A stretch of DNA of 64,000 nt from Octopus sinensis. Its lineage: Eukaryota. Positions 37,551 through 49,289 of this stretch are shown in pieces; position 1 is the first letter of the stretch, and each line of letters begins with the position of its first letter. The DNA lies in the NCBI RefSeq assembly GCF_006345805.1, contig NC_042999.1:139934001-139998000 (forward strand), read 5' to 3'. The translations under genes were made by a program, and so were the position numbers. Below the pieces are notes generated by a model that had not been told where the DNA came from, did no database searches, and saw only the letters and a program-made list of their open reading frames with translations.

Positions 37551-37770
37551 ATAGTTAATCCAAACATGAAAACACAAAGAGAAAACACAACAACGCGAGG
37601 ACGTGGAACAAGTATAGTGTTATTGGACGCTCAGGAAAGGAAGGAAAGAAGGAGGATTTAACGTTTCGAGCGGAGCTCTTCGTCAGAAACATAGGGAAAG
37701 GAAAGATCCAAGGAAGGGAAGACAGAGGGAAAAATCGTCAACAGTACACACGCGGTTACAACACACACAC
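37551..37770 (-). mobile_element. Non-coding PLE pLTR-like unit (same family as 42925-43130)
   Basis: Reverse complement aligns with 42925-43130 and contains a hammerhead. Confidence 0.8.
37656..37690 (-). ncRNA. Minimal type I hammerhead, intact
   Basis: gttt-CTGACGA-a-gagc-tcc-gctc-GAAA-CG-TT-aaat; stem III region is the palindrome AACGTT. Confidence 0.75.
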
Positions 37771-37961
37771 ACACACACATATACATAGCCATAACACGTG
37801 ATTGATAACGTTTAGTACTGAACGTGCTTGCACATTTACTTAAGCCTACACACAATTTGTGAAATTCCTTCCTAAAGGTCAGTACCATTCTTCTCTCTAA
37901 AAAGTTTTTTCTTAATCTTAATCTTTGAAAAAATCTGTCTCTCTCTCTCCCCCCCCTCCCC

Positions 37962-37993
<32 letters not shown>

Positions 37994-38087
37994 GTATATA
38001 ATAAAAATTTTAAATGAGGGTGAAAAATTGAATACTAATTTAAAACCAGTTGTCTAACATATTAAAATCTGAAGATTCAGAAAATTA

Positions 38088-38458
38088 TATTACATACGTA
38101 TAAGAGGGATGACCACAATGTGGACAGCCCTTATGCTAGAAGTAGATCCGCTATGGTCTTACCACTAAGAAATGTTCTCACGAAAATCCAGTCTCGTGTA
38201 TAGTTCTTCAAATTATATTTACAATAACGATCATGCTGAGGAGCTACGGACAAATTATGTAAGTAAAATTGCGTAAATGTTGATAGCGAAACATGTCCAT
38301 GATTAAACTGTATCTTTGTTATTTCTCATTTGTCTTGCTAGATTACGTTCTGGCGTTTGCTGAATTTTCTTGAGAACATTTCTTAGTGGTAAGACCATAG
38401 CGGATCTACTTCTAGCATAAGGGTTGTCCACGTTGTGGTCATCCCACTTATATGTATG

Positions 38459-38463
<5 letters not shown>
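38088..38463 (+). mobile_element. Fold-back PLE pLTR-like unit (inverted partial copy plus hammerhead-bearing sense copy)
   Basis: 38088-38191 is the reverse complement of 38360-38463; the hammerhead lies in the loop. Confidence 0.85.
38229..38304 (+). ncRNA. Type I hammerhead ribozyme, intact core, GUC cleavage triplet
   Basis: gatcatg-CTGAGGA-gcta...tagc-GAAA-C-at-GT-C-catgatt: 7-bp stem I, 4-bp base of stem II, palindromic ACATGT stem III; predicted cut after 38297. Confidence 0.8.
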
Positions 38464-38493
<30 letters not shown>

Positions 38494-39054
38494 TAAACAG
38501 TAAAATTAAATACAGACATGGACAAGAACATGAAACACCACAGAGACGACACAAGAACCACAGGACGGGACATTCGAAGCCCTCAGTCATCAGTCAAGAA
38601 CCAGATCATCTTAGCAATTTCGGCTGATTAATCTTATATATATACCTATCTTCTTACATGCATGTAAATATGCATACATATACACACACTCACGCGCATG
38701 CGAGCGTTAAATGATGATGATGATATATAGATATATGCATATGTGCGCGCGTGCGCTTATGTGTGTGTATGTGCGTGCGTATGTGTGTGTGAGTGTATGT
38801 TTGCATGTGTGTGTATGTGTATGTACGCATGTGTGTGTATGCGTATGTATGCGTGTATATAAATGTCAAGTAATATATTCTTTTCTATTATACGGTTCAG
38901 CCCTAAGGCTGTGGCCATGATAGAGCACAATTTAACATTAAAGTGAAGGAATATTCAATACTTTTTAGTAGAGTAAATTTTTATTATACTTAAACTTACA
39001 AGGAACATGTTGACAGTGATTTCGAAGTTATATATATATATATATATAGGGGGG

Positions 39055-39292
39055 GGGGTGGCGGCGAACCCTGCTGTAATCTTTCACCACAACTTTCTCA
39101 CTGTTTCTGTTGTACCTGTATTTCAAAGGGCCAGCCTTGTCACACTCTGTGTCACGCTGAATCTCCCTGGAGAACTACATTAAGGGTAACACGTGTCTGT
39201 GGAGTGCTCAGCCACTTGCACGTAATTTCACGAGCAGGCTGTTCCGTTGATCGGATCAACTGGAACCCTCGTCGTAACCGACGGAGTGCCGT
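39055..39292 (+). mobile_element. 3' part of the tRNA-Arg-like SINE family (head seen at 49943)
   Basis: gggggtggcggcgaaccctgctgta matches 50070-50097; the body continues to a (TA)n tail. Confidence 0.7.
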
Positions 39293-39364
<72 letters not shown>

Positions 39365-39439
39365 CAGAGAGAGAGAGAGAGTGAGTGAAAGGAGACAAAG
39401 GGAAAGAGGGAGAGAGACTGAAGTGCAAGAACGTTGATA

Positions 39440-40790
39440 GAGTTATGCCAGAAAACACCGGATGTCTGCAAACAAAAAAATCCTGAAGTGCGACATACAC
39501 TTGCAACGAATAAAAGATATTAACAAATTATAAAAAAAAAAAACGTTACCTGATACTGCACCAGTTGACACTGCAGAAGTCGGTGCTTCCTGGATGCAGT
39601 TGCGTGAGACAGTCTACGAAATAGCAGTTGCCTCGGTCGGCTTTCCCAAACGGCAGCCTGCTGACTAATTTGATGAAAGTGATGTGAAGAAGGAACAGCT
39701 GTTACCTGAAAAACGAAAGTAGCACTCAGCTGTTCTAAATGGAGGAGGTACTAGCTGACTCAAAAACGCGAATGCCTTGCTCCAAAAAAAGTTCAACTGT
39801 TGAAAGATCGATGGTGGGATCAGAAGGCGAATAAAATATAGGCTCTTGCTTGATTTTCAGAATGTGAAGGTATCTTTCACTCGTATGAGTGAAATTACGG
39901 TCTAGAAAGAGGTGTTTAGCATCAATGAAGAGTAAAGATGGTTCATACTTCTGCACCAAGAAAAGCGAGGAGCTGTCGCTGGAAGTGGAGAAGCTCATAA
40001 ATAAGAGAAAAACCGATGTACAGATCCTGGGGTTAACAACTTACCCATGAAAACCTAGGTGAGGAGGAAGTACTGCGCTGCAGACTTCTCCAATGGATGG
40101 TGGGTTATTGAACTTATCTAGGCAAATATCCTTAAGGAAGTACCGGGATATGTGTATCCACGAACTTTACTGATGACTCAGCTCTTGAAGCTCTTATCTT
40201 TAGCAGATAGATACCTAGAAAATTGCTCAATATTTTGAACGTGCTACAACAGCCTTAGGTCGGTCAATAAATGTAAAAACAATAAAGTCTTGTATCAACC
40301 TTAACCTGGTGTACTGAGATATGAACCTCCGACTGCAAATTAGCTCCTAGGTGCGGCAAAGCTTATATATTTGAGCAGTAATATTTCTGAAGACATCAGG
40401 ACACAAGGGTGGCTCGCCGTATACAGGCTGCTGGAAATACTTTTGGGGAACTCAACGATCGACTGTAGAAGTAATGGGGTATAAAAATGATATTGAAAGA
40501 CAAAGTGTACCAAATAGAAGTACATTCCTGTTTGTTGTGTTTTGGCGAGACCATATTGACGACACGTCAAAAAGTAGATGAATTGCCGGAGATGAATTTC
40601 CACCATCTCCGCTCTTGGATGGTTGATGAGAAAGTCGGTACATTCCCATATAACCGTTGTTTTATAGGGTGCCCCCCCCCCAAGAGATGTTGAGCACTAC
40701 AACATTCTGGTGTAGGCACCGTCCAGCATGCACCTGTGTCTCTTAGTGAGAGTCTAAGTCGGGGATCCATATACAAGCACACATCCAACA
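39440..40790 (+). mobile_element. Decayed RTE-BovB-like LINE in pieces
   Basis: WMQLRETVYEIA..VGFPKRQPAD*FDESD (39540-39750); IHEL-TDDSALEA, NNKVLYQP*PG, YLSSNISED and GIKMILKDKVY (40060-40790). Confidence 0.7.
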
Positions 40791-41110
40791 ACTGCTCTGA
40801 AGAACTGTCTCTTCAATTTATCTGGGTTGACTTCCATATTGTTCTAAGACCGTCTGTAGTTGCCCAAACCTAGATTTGATATCTTTTTCAGTTGGCACGA
40901 TATTGCTGCCTAGGTAAGTAAACTTGCTCACATTCTTCGAGGGCTTCTGTTTGATGGTCTTGATTTCACCTGTTGTGTCACGGGGTTAAACTCTGTCTTC
41001 TTTTCATTCACATATAGTTCTGTTAGCAGCAGCATTTTCCAGGAGATGGAGTAAATGTTCAGCATCTTTTGTGTCAATATTAATCCTTCCTAATTTTGGT
41101 GCTAGGCCAG
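40790..41110 (-). mobile_element. RTE-X-like LINE RT relic
   Basis: DAEHLLHLLENAA...KFTYLGSNIVPTEKDIKSR; same type as 3565-4200. Confidence 0.7.
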
Positions 41111-42115
41111 CAATTTCGGTGGGTATTAATACCTACGGAAACGTGGTTCGATCGTTTAAACTTGGTTGGTGTATAACTAAATAGCGGTATACGTCATTGT
41201 AAATTTCTTCAATATTCCCCATCAAATACTCCGGTCGAAAGTTCTAGAACGTTGATAGAATGTTATAAAAGCTGGAATATTGGACTTCCAAAACAGAACG
41301 GCCCTAAGCACTACACAGAACTCTTTCGATCAGTTTTCTGAAAAAGTGTTCTCACTTTTTCTTTTTATTCTGTCTTTAATGACCGTAAGTAATTTTTCAT
41401 ATATATATAACTAAATTATTTTATGCAATGAAGACTTAAAACTATCACAATCCTTATCTTTTGAACGATGCTGTATTCAAATGTTTTACGTACTTAAATG
41501 CAAATGTTCGAGGTAATAAAAATATAAAATACAGGATCATATACAAATATTTGTATACCTTCACACACATCCTGCTTAATATTATGCCCTACTAAAGATG
41601 ACTGAATAAGAGCCACTAGAATGATGACCCCACCCCACTAACCGCACACACACACACACACACACATGTATGTATGTATGTATGTATGTGTATGTATAAA
41701 AATTCTCAATTAATTTCTTGTTTACTTAAAAGATTAGGACGTTTTCACGTCCTTTTAATTTTCACAGCCAAGGCTTTCAAAAATACAATTAGAATTATTT
41801 ACATCAGGAGTTCCCAACTACTTGTTGCAGACCAGTATCGGGCCGCGCAGAATGTATAATTTATTTTATTTTATTTCTATTTTATTGACTATCACAATCT
41901 TCATAATGTATCTATCATATATGTAATATCTATGCTATTTATTATGCACTTCGTTGTGTTTTACTATGCGCAATCCCCTGGTCTATGAGAAAATTATCTT
42001 GCATAAAACCGGTCGGTGGTGCAAAAAGGATTAGAACAGCTGATCTACATTATACATGTTTCACACACGCACGCACACATGCACATATACATATATACAT
42101 GCACACACATGTATG

Positions 42116-42147
<32 letters not shown>

Positions 42148-42151
<4 letters not shown>

Positions 42152-42734
42152 AGATAAGAAAATGGAGAAATACATCTAAATCAAATATCAATTACCAGAT
42201 AATACTCAATCACATACTTTATTAAACCATCACATAAGAGACTGTAGGGTTAAATATAAAAAGCAGAACAAATCAGTGTACATAAAGGAATTTACATAAA
42301 AAAGTGTACATAAAAGAGTAATGTTGTATAATAAGTAGAATATATATAAAAGAGAATATAATCTCCGAAGAGGCCTTATGATATTTTTGTAAATGTCTCA
42401 TTTATATCTATATATTGACCTACCATAAAAGGCTAATATTGGTAAAATGAGACATACTTATCTACATGGCCGAAACAGCTGTAAGATGTAATCTATACTT
42501 ATGTTTATATTTACTTATATTTATATTCTCTTTTATATATATTCTACTTATTATACAACATTACTCTTTTATGTACACTTTTTTATGTACATTCCTTTAT
42601 GTACACTGATTTGCTCTGCTTTTGTATATTAACCCTACAGTCTCTTATGTGGTGGTTAATAAAGTATGTGATTGAGTATTATCTGGTAATTGATATTTGA
42701 TTTAGAGTATTTCTCCATTATTCTTATCTTTGTA
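42148..42734 (+). mobile_element. Fold-back PLE pLTR-like unit with a hammerhead in the loop
   Basis: Arms 42148-42361 and 42521-42734, nearly identical; preceded by (TA)n. Confidence 0.88.
42361..42487 (+). ncRNA. Type I hammerhead variant (U4C) with long stem II and palindromic AGCU loop III
   Basis: atct-CCGAAGA-ggcc...ggcc-GAAA-C-agct-GT-A-agat. Confidence 0.65.
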
Positions 42735-42924
42735 TTAGTAATTGTGGTAAATCATTTTACCTTTGCCATATAAACAGTAAATGAATTGATTGCATCGCAA
42801 TCATTAACATTTATGTATTAACTTTGTTGGGCACTTCACTAGCAGTATATTGGATACATGTTATCCCATGGAGGGTTGCATTTACAACCCCTATCTCAAT
42901 TTGTATATATATATATATATATAG

Positions 42925-43130
42925 TATGTGACCTCGTGAATATTACCTGCAATTTTCTTTTCCTCTGTCCTCCCGTCTCGGGATCTTTCTTTCTCCTATG
43001 TTTCCGACGAAGAGCTCCGCTCGAAACGTCAAACCCTCCTTCTTCCCTTCTTTCCTGAGCGTCCAATAATACTTTATTTGTTCGACATCCTTGCGTTGTT
43101 GTCTTTTTGTTTTCTTGTTTGGATTAACTT
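42925..43130 (+). mobile_element. PLE pLTR-like unit with minimal hammerhead (43000-43034, U4C variant)
   Basis: gttt-CCGACGA-a-gagctccgctc-GAAA-CG-TC-aaac; bounded by (TA)n. Confidence 0.8.
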
Positions 43131-43492
43131 TATATATATATATATACACACACATATACACACACACATACACACACACACACACACACATACACACACA
43201 CAGACACACGCACACACACACACAACACTTGTTCCCCCTTGGATTCTCTGATGTCAGTTCGTGTGTTAGTATTTCAGAGCGATCTGTAGAAAAACTTGAG
43301 TAATTACTTGCTTAAAGCCTACCAGCGCTCCTGCTGGGTCCCAAAAGATCCGGTTACTTTCTTTTCTTTTTTTTCTTTTCAGTAACAAAGCTATGATAGA
43401 TACGCAAATCACCTCATTCGACACAGCACTACATACAAATACATTCCCTCGTGCGCAGACACACTCATTTTTTTAAATACACATGCACACAC

Positions 43493-43523
<31 letters not shown>

Positions 43524-43939
43524 TGTATGTATGTATGTATGTATGTATGTATGTATGTAGTATGTATGTATGTTTGTATGTATGTTATGTATGTATGTAT
43601 GCATGCATGCATGCATGCATGTATGTGGTCTGTAATTATCTATGATATGAGTATATATATATATATTATATATATATATATTTGAAATACAAACACACGT
43701 CTGTAAGTATGTATGTATGTATATATATATATATATAATATATATATATATATTATATATATATATATATTATAATAAGCCCATTAAGGGTTTAGCAATG
43801 AATTGCCTAACCACACACCGAAATTTAGAAATAGCAGTCAAAGAGATATAGCTATTCCTTCTACTAAAAGCATATTACTCTACCACTGGTATTTGAGTAC
43901 TCTTTTTCAACCTTGTTTCACATTTATGTGTTTACTCCG

Positions 43940-44329
43940 GTATTATATATATATATATATATACACACATACTTACATATATGTATGTATGTATATATAT
44001 GTGTGTGTATATGTGTGTGTGTGTATATATATATGTGTGTGTATATATATGTGTGTGTATATATATGTGTGTGTGTGTATATATATGTGTGTGTATATAT
44101 ATGTGTGTCTGTATATATATATATGTGTGTGTGTGTGTATATATATATGTGTGTGTGTGTATATATATATATGTGTGTGTGTGTATATATATATGTGTGT
44201 GTGTGTATATATATATATATGTATGTGTGTGTATATATATATATATGTGTGTGTGTATATATATATATATGTGTGTGTATATATATGTGTGTGTGTGTGT
44301 ATATATATATATGTGTGTGTATATATATA

Positions 44330-44366
<37 letters not shown>

Positions 44367-44370
44367 ATAT
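43940..44370. repeat. (TA)n(TG)n compound low-complexity block
   Basis: Visible run. Confidence 0.95.
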
Positions 44371-44436
44371 ATTGTCTGTAAAAAAACATAAATCCGAAAG
44401 AAGCTGCACACTAGAATATAAAGCAGAATATATCAA

Positions 44437-44606
44437 ATATGGTGAAGGCCGGTTATGGAATTACCTTAGGTTTCTTGTATATAAAGGTTTAGCTTTATGA
44501 CGTATCGTCAGATAGCAAAATCTGTTCGGACGATACGTCATAAAGCTAAACCCTTTATGGACGGGAGGAAACCTAAGGTAATCCCATAAACCGGCCTCCC
44601 CATTAT
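44437..44606. mobile_element. Small palindrome of two hammerhead-like arms
   Basis: Arms ~44437-44515 and 44522-44606; the minus arm reads CTGACGA...ataaag/ctttat...GAAAC-ctaag-GT-A-attcc. Confidence 0.65.
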
Positions 44607-44682
44607 ATTATATATATATATATCTATATATATATATATATATTATTATATATATATATATATATATAATATATATATATAT

Positions 44683-44723
<41 letters not shown>

Positions 44724-44756
44724 TATCTATATATAATATTGATATATATATATAAT

Positions 44757-44835
<79 letters not shown>

Positions 44836-44845
44836 TTATTATTCT

Positions 44846-44920
<75 letters not shown>

Positions 44921-45012
44921 GTATATTATATAGTATATGTATGTATGTATATTTATATAGTATAAGTTGTAGGATATGTATATATGTTGATATTATATGT
45001 TTATTATATCTA

Positions 45013-45048
<36 letters not shown>

Positions 45049-45495
45049 TATAATCTATATGTATGTATATATATATATATCTATATATATATTATATATA
45101 TATATTATATATAATATTAATATATATATAGATAATATATATATATATATATATCGCACACACAGTTGTAAATTGTAACCACAACTGTCATCACTACTAC
45201 ATGAAACTGAAGATTGCATAGTTAATGCATGAAAGTACTAGCTCAATCAGAATGGACATTTAATATTCTATCATTTCATTATATTATATTATATTATATA
45301 TATTATATTATATTTAATTATATTATATTATATTATTATATTATAATGTTATGTTATGTTATGTTATGTTATGTTAGTATGTTGTTATGTTATGTTATGT
45401 TATGTTATGTTATTTTATGTTATGTTATATATTATATTATATTATATTATATTATATTATTATATTATATTATATTATATTATATTATATTATAA
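44607..45495. repeat. (TA)n block and (ATATT)n/(GTTAT)n pentanucleotide microsatellites
   Basis: Visible runs. Confidence 0.9.
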
Positions 45496-45805
45496 GTGAA
45501 GGCGCATGGCTCAATGGTTAGAGCGTCGAGCTTACGATCGTGAGGTTGTGAGCTCGAATCCCGGTCCGGGCTGCGCGTTGTGTTCTTGAGCAAAGCACTT
45601 TATTTCACGTTGCTCCAGTTCACTCAGCTGTAGAAATGAGTTGCGACGTCACAGGTGCCAAGCTGTATCGACCTTTGTCTTTCCCTTGGATAAACACTGT
45701 TGGCGTGGAGAGGGGAGGCTGGTATGCATGGGCGACTGCTGGTCTTCCATAAACAACCTTGCCCGGACTTGTGTCTAGGAGGGTAACTTTCTAGGTGCAA
45801 TCCCA
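45496..45805 (+). mobile_element. tRNA-headed SINE with CORE-like domain, inserted in (ATATT)n
   Basis: ggcgcatggctcaatggttagagc...ctcgaatccc head, then ttgtgttcttgagcaaagcacttt body. Confidence 0.85.
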
Positions 45806-46042
45806 TTATATTATATTATATTATTAGAAGATTGTAAATAAAACGTGAAAATCAAAGTTGGAATTTCTTTGTGTAATATACTCTTCTATACAGTCATACA
45901 CACCCGTGTATATATATATATATATATATATCTCCTACCCTCTACCCAACCATCCAACCTTCCATCTATTCAGCCAGCTAGCCAATCTATCTCTATATAT
46001 AATTAAATTCTTTTTAAAGTTTTAACACCTTTTTCTTACTCT

Positions 46043-46440
46043 TTTACTTGTTTCAGTCATTTGACTGCGGCCATGCTGGAGCACCGCCTTTAATCTAGCA
46101 ACTCGACCCCGGGACTTATTCTTTTGTAAGCCCAGTACTTATTCTATCGGTCTCTTTTGCCGAACGCTAAGTAACGGGGACTTAAACACACCAGCATCGG
46201 TTGTCAAGCAATGCTAGGGGCAACAGACACACAAACACCACACGCACATAATATATATATATATATACATATATACGACGACCGGCTTCTTTCAGTTTCC
46301 GTTACCAAATCCACTCACAAAGCTTTGGTCGGCCCGAGGCTATAGTAGAAGACACTTGCTCAAGGTGCCACGCAGTGGGACTGAACCCGGAACCATGTGG
46401 CTGGTAGACAAGCTACTTACCACACAGCCACTCCTGCGCC
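46043..46440 (-). mobile_element. Full-length SINE-A
   Basis: Reverse strand begins ggcgcaggagtggctgtgtggtaag (A-box-like), gggttcagtccc (B-box-like), ccttgagcaagtgtctt; internal (CA)/(TA) tract. Confidence 0.9.
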
Positions 46441-46548
46441 TTTTTCTTCTCTATCTTTGTTGAGTTTATGTAGGATATGTGTTCTACAGATGCTCATAAT
46501 ACACCTTATATGCATATATATATATATACACACACACACGTCTGTGAG

Positions 46549-46582
<34 letters not shown>

Positions 46583-48474
46583 TGTATGTATGTATGTATG
46601 TATGTATATATATATATATATATATCCTACCCTCTACCCAACCATACACCCATCCAACCTTCCGTCTATTCAGCCAGCTAGCCAATTAGTCATGCATACA
46701 TATATTCACAGATATACGCGCAGTCGTAAACACAGAAATATTCAGACGTGGACCTGTTGACATATCCCATCCATCCATTCCTATGACAAACACGTATTTC
46801 AACATACATAAATACCAAGTGAGGAACATGCATACTTTAAAACTTGTACAGCGGTAGTTGTGTGTACTTACGTATTGGAAACACAGCCACATATGTAATA
46901 CAAAACGCACAAATATATTCACACTCGATAAACCACGTTATACCGACACTTTTCTTTACTCATACATGTCAAAAAAAGTATTTATATTGACACATGTACA
47001 CTCCCATATTCGCTCCATACATATCTATCGCTACATATCTATCTTCGCATGCGCGCATGCAGGCACGCAAACACACACACACACACACACATAATCATAA
47101 TCAAATATCACAGACACGCTCTTACACACTTCTCACAAACAATCATACGTACAATCGTAAACACAGAAACATACAGGCACATACATAAATACATACATAC
47201 ATACATACATACATACATACATACATACATACATACATCGTCTAGTCATAGAACGAAGGGCAGCGACTGCTCTTTATAATTTTTCAGGATCTCCGAGATT
47301 TATCGGAGAAAAGGAGGAAGATATTTTCACGCACTGGAACATGGTCTGAAAACTTGCAACGGCGTGAACTCCGCTAAAGGTAGCCGAGTACAGGGCGGGC
47401 TTGTTAAACCGGGTGACGGATGAAGCCAAACAACTGAGAACAAGAACAGCAATGAACCGGAACAAATACCACACGGTATGTCGTCTGGCGGCGATCTAAC
47501 AATTCAGTCCTTAAGGGCTGAAAGGCAAAGTTGCTCCCGGCTGGATGTAAATCCAGAGTGGTGAAATACCGCAGGGCACGTTTAGTCATTTTACATATAC
47601 ATACATACATACATACATACATACATACATACATACATACATACATACATCCATCCATACATACATACAGACAGACATAAGTACATACATACGTTTATAC
47701 ATACTAGCGTAAAGATACGCATACTCTCGCACATACGTAGGTAGTCTGCTCACCAGTAAACCCAGGAGCTACATACATACAGTAACGCTCTCAGGGAATT
47801 TAAGTTTTAAGTCGGCTGACTTTCTTTTGGACTTCTAAGCAAACAAACGTCAGGGATACGGAGAAAATACTGTCATGTCACAATTCGTAACAGAAAAAGC
47901 GAATTTCGTAGGTAAAAGGTGAGTGAATTCACGGTGTTTAACTGATAGTTTTTCCTCGACATTGAGTTTTTGTTATCAATTCATCTTTTCGCCGTGTTTG
48001 CCAGTTATTTGATTTTCTGTCTGCTCGTCTGGTGGTTGTGGTGGTGGTGGTGGTGGTGGTGGTGGTGGTGGTGGTGTGTGTGTGTGGTGTGTGTGTGTGT
48101 GTGTGTGTGTGTGGCGCGTGCGTGTGTGCGTGTGTGTATTTCTGTGTGTGTGTGTGTGTGTGTGAGAGTGTGTTTGTGTGTGTGAGAGTGTGTGTGTGTG
48201 GTGTGTGTGTTTGTTGTGTGTGTGTTTGCGTGTGTGTGTGTGTGTATGTGTGCGTGCGTGTGTTTCGTAGAGGTTGTGTTTGTTTATAAATGAAGATACA
48301 AGTACACGCTTATTAACTATATATACATAAACACTATGTAAACGTGAAAACATGTTATCAGATAGAGCGAAACTCATTTGTGTCCGTTTACACTTGATTT
48401 ACACACACACACGCATGTATGTACGTGTGTATATATACACATATATAGACATACACACACACACACACACATAT

Positions 48475-48525
<51 letters not shown>

Positions 48526-49106
48526 TATAATATAATATAATATAATATATAATATATATACATATATATATAAGATACATTATTTACATATGAATGCATG
48601 TGTGTGATTACAAATATGTACGTGTGTATATATGTATGCATGTGTATATGTATGTAGGCATATATAAACAATAATTTTGTATTGAATAAACACTCACTTT
48701 TAGCCTCGGTAGGTTTTTATCCCTCCGTAAGCAGAAGCAGTGGAGTCCTTTGACTATTTTCTAGACTTCAATTAGAATAGCCATACTCATCTTCATGTAG
48801 GCATTCTTTCTCTGACAAAATTTTAAGAAGACCAGAAACTACTCTGAGATCGATACACATTTTCTGTCCACGAAGAGATAATATTTGTGGCGTAATCAGT
48901 GTAAAATTGTATGATTATCAAAAAAGGTATACTTTACTTTAAATTTTTTTCAAAAACGTTATATGGTCATTGTGAATTTAATTGTTTAATGCATATTATC
49001 AGTACGTGGAGTTTTATGTAAATTAGACTGATCAGTTTAGCTAAGTCCTAGGTTGTTTATATATGCTAAAAAGCCACAAATCTCTCCGTGGATAGATGAT
49101 ATCCTT

Positions 49107-49145
49107 TCTCTGATGAAGGTCTAAGAAAACTCGAAACTGGTTAGA
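49107..49145 (+). ncRNA. Minimal hammerhead motif, intact core, weak stem II
   Basis: tct-CTGATGA-aggt...actc-GAAA-C-tg-GT-T-aga. Confidence 0.55.
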
Positions 49146-49289
49146 TTGGCATCAATTAGATTGGCATCTCTGTTTGCAATAGTGTTTATTGGGGGGGGGG
49201 GATAAGAAAAGATGACTTACTTTCAAATTATAAATAAAACGCTTTGTTGTGCACTATTATGAATAAATACAACAATATATATATATTAT

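Noticed and set aside
39735-39998. 87-aa minus-strand ORF as a host exon or transposase piece
   Set aside because: No recognisable motif or convincing splice sites; it lies between RTE fragments.
42645-42665. gtggttaataaag in the fold-back unit resembling the Tx1 tail
   Set aside because: Only ~13 nt around a poly(A)-signal-like word and internal to the unit; likely coincidence.
45496-45570. Apparent tRNA genes (also 24630 and 49943)
   Set aside because: A/B boxes are present but the cloverleaf is imperfect and continues into repeated SINE bodies.
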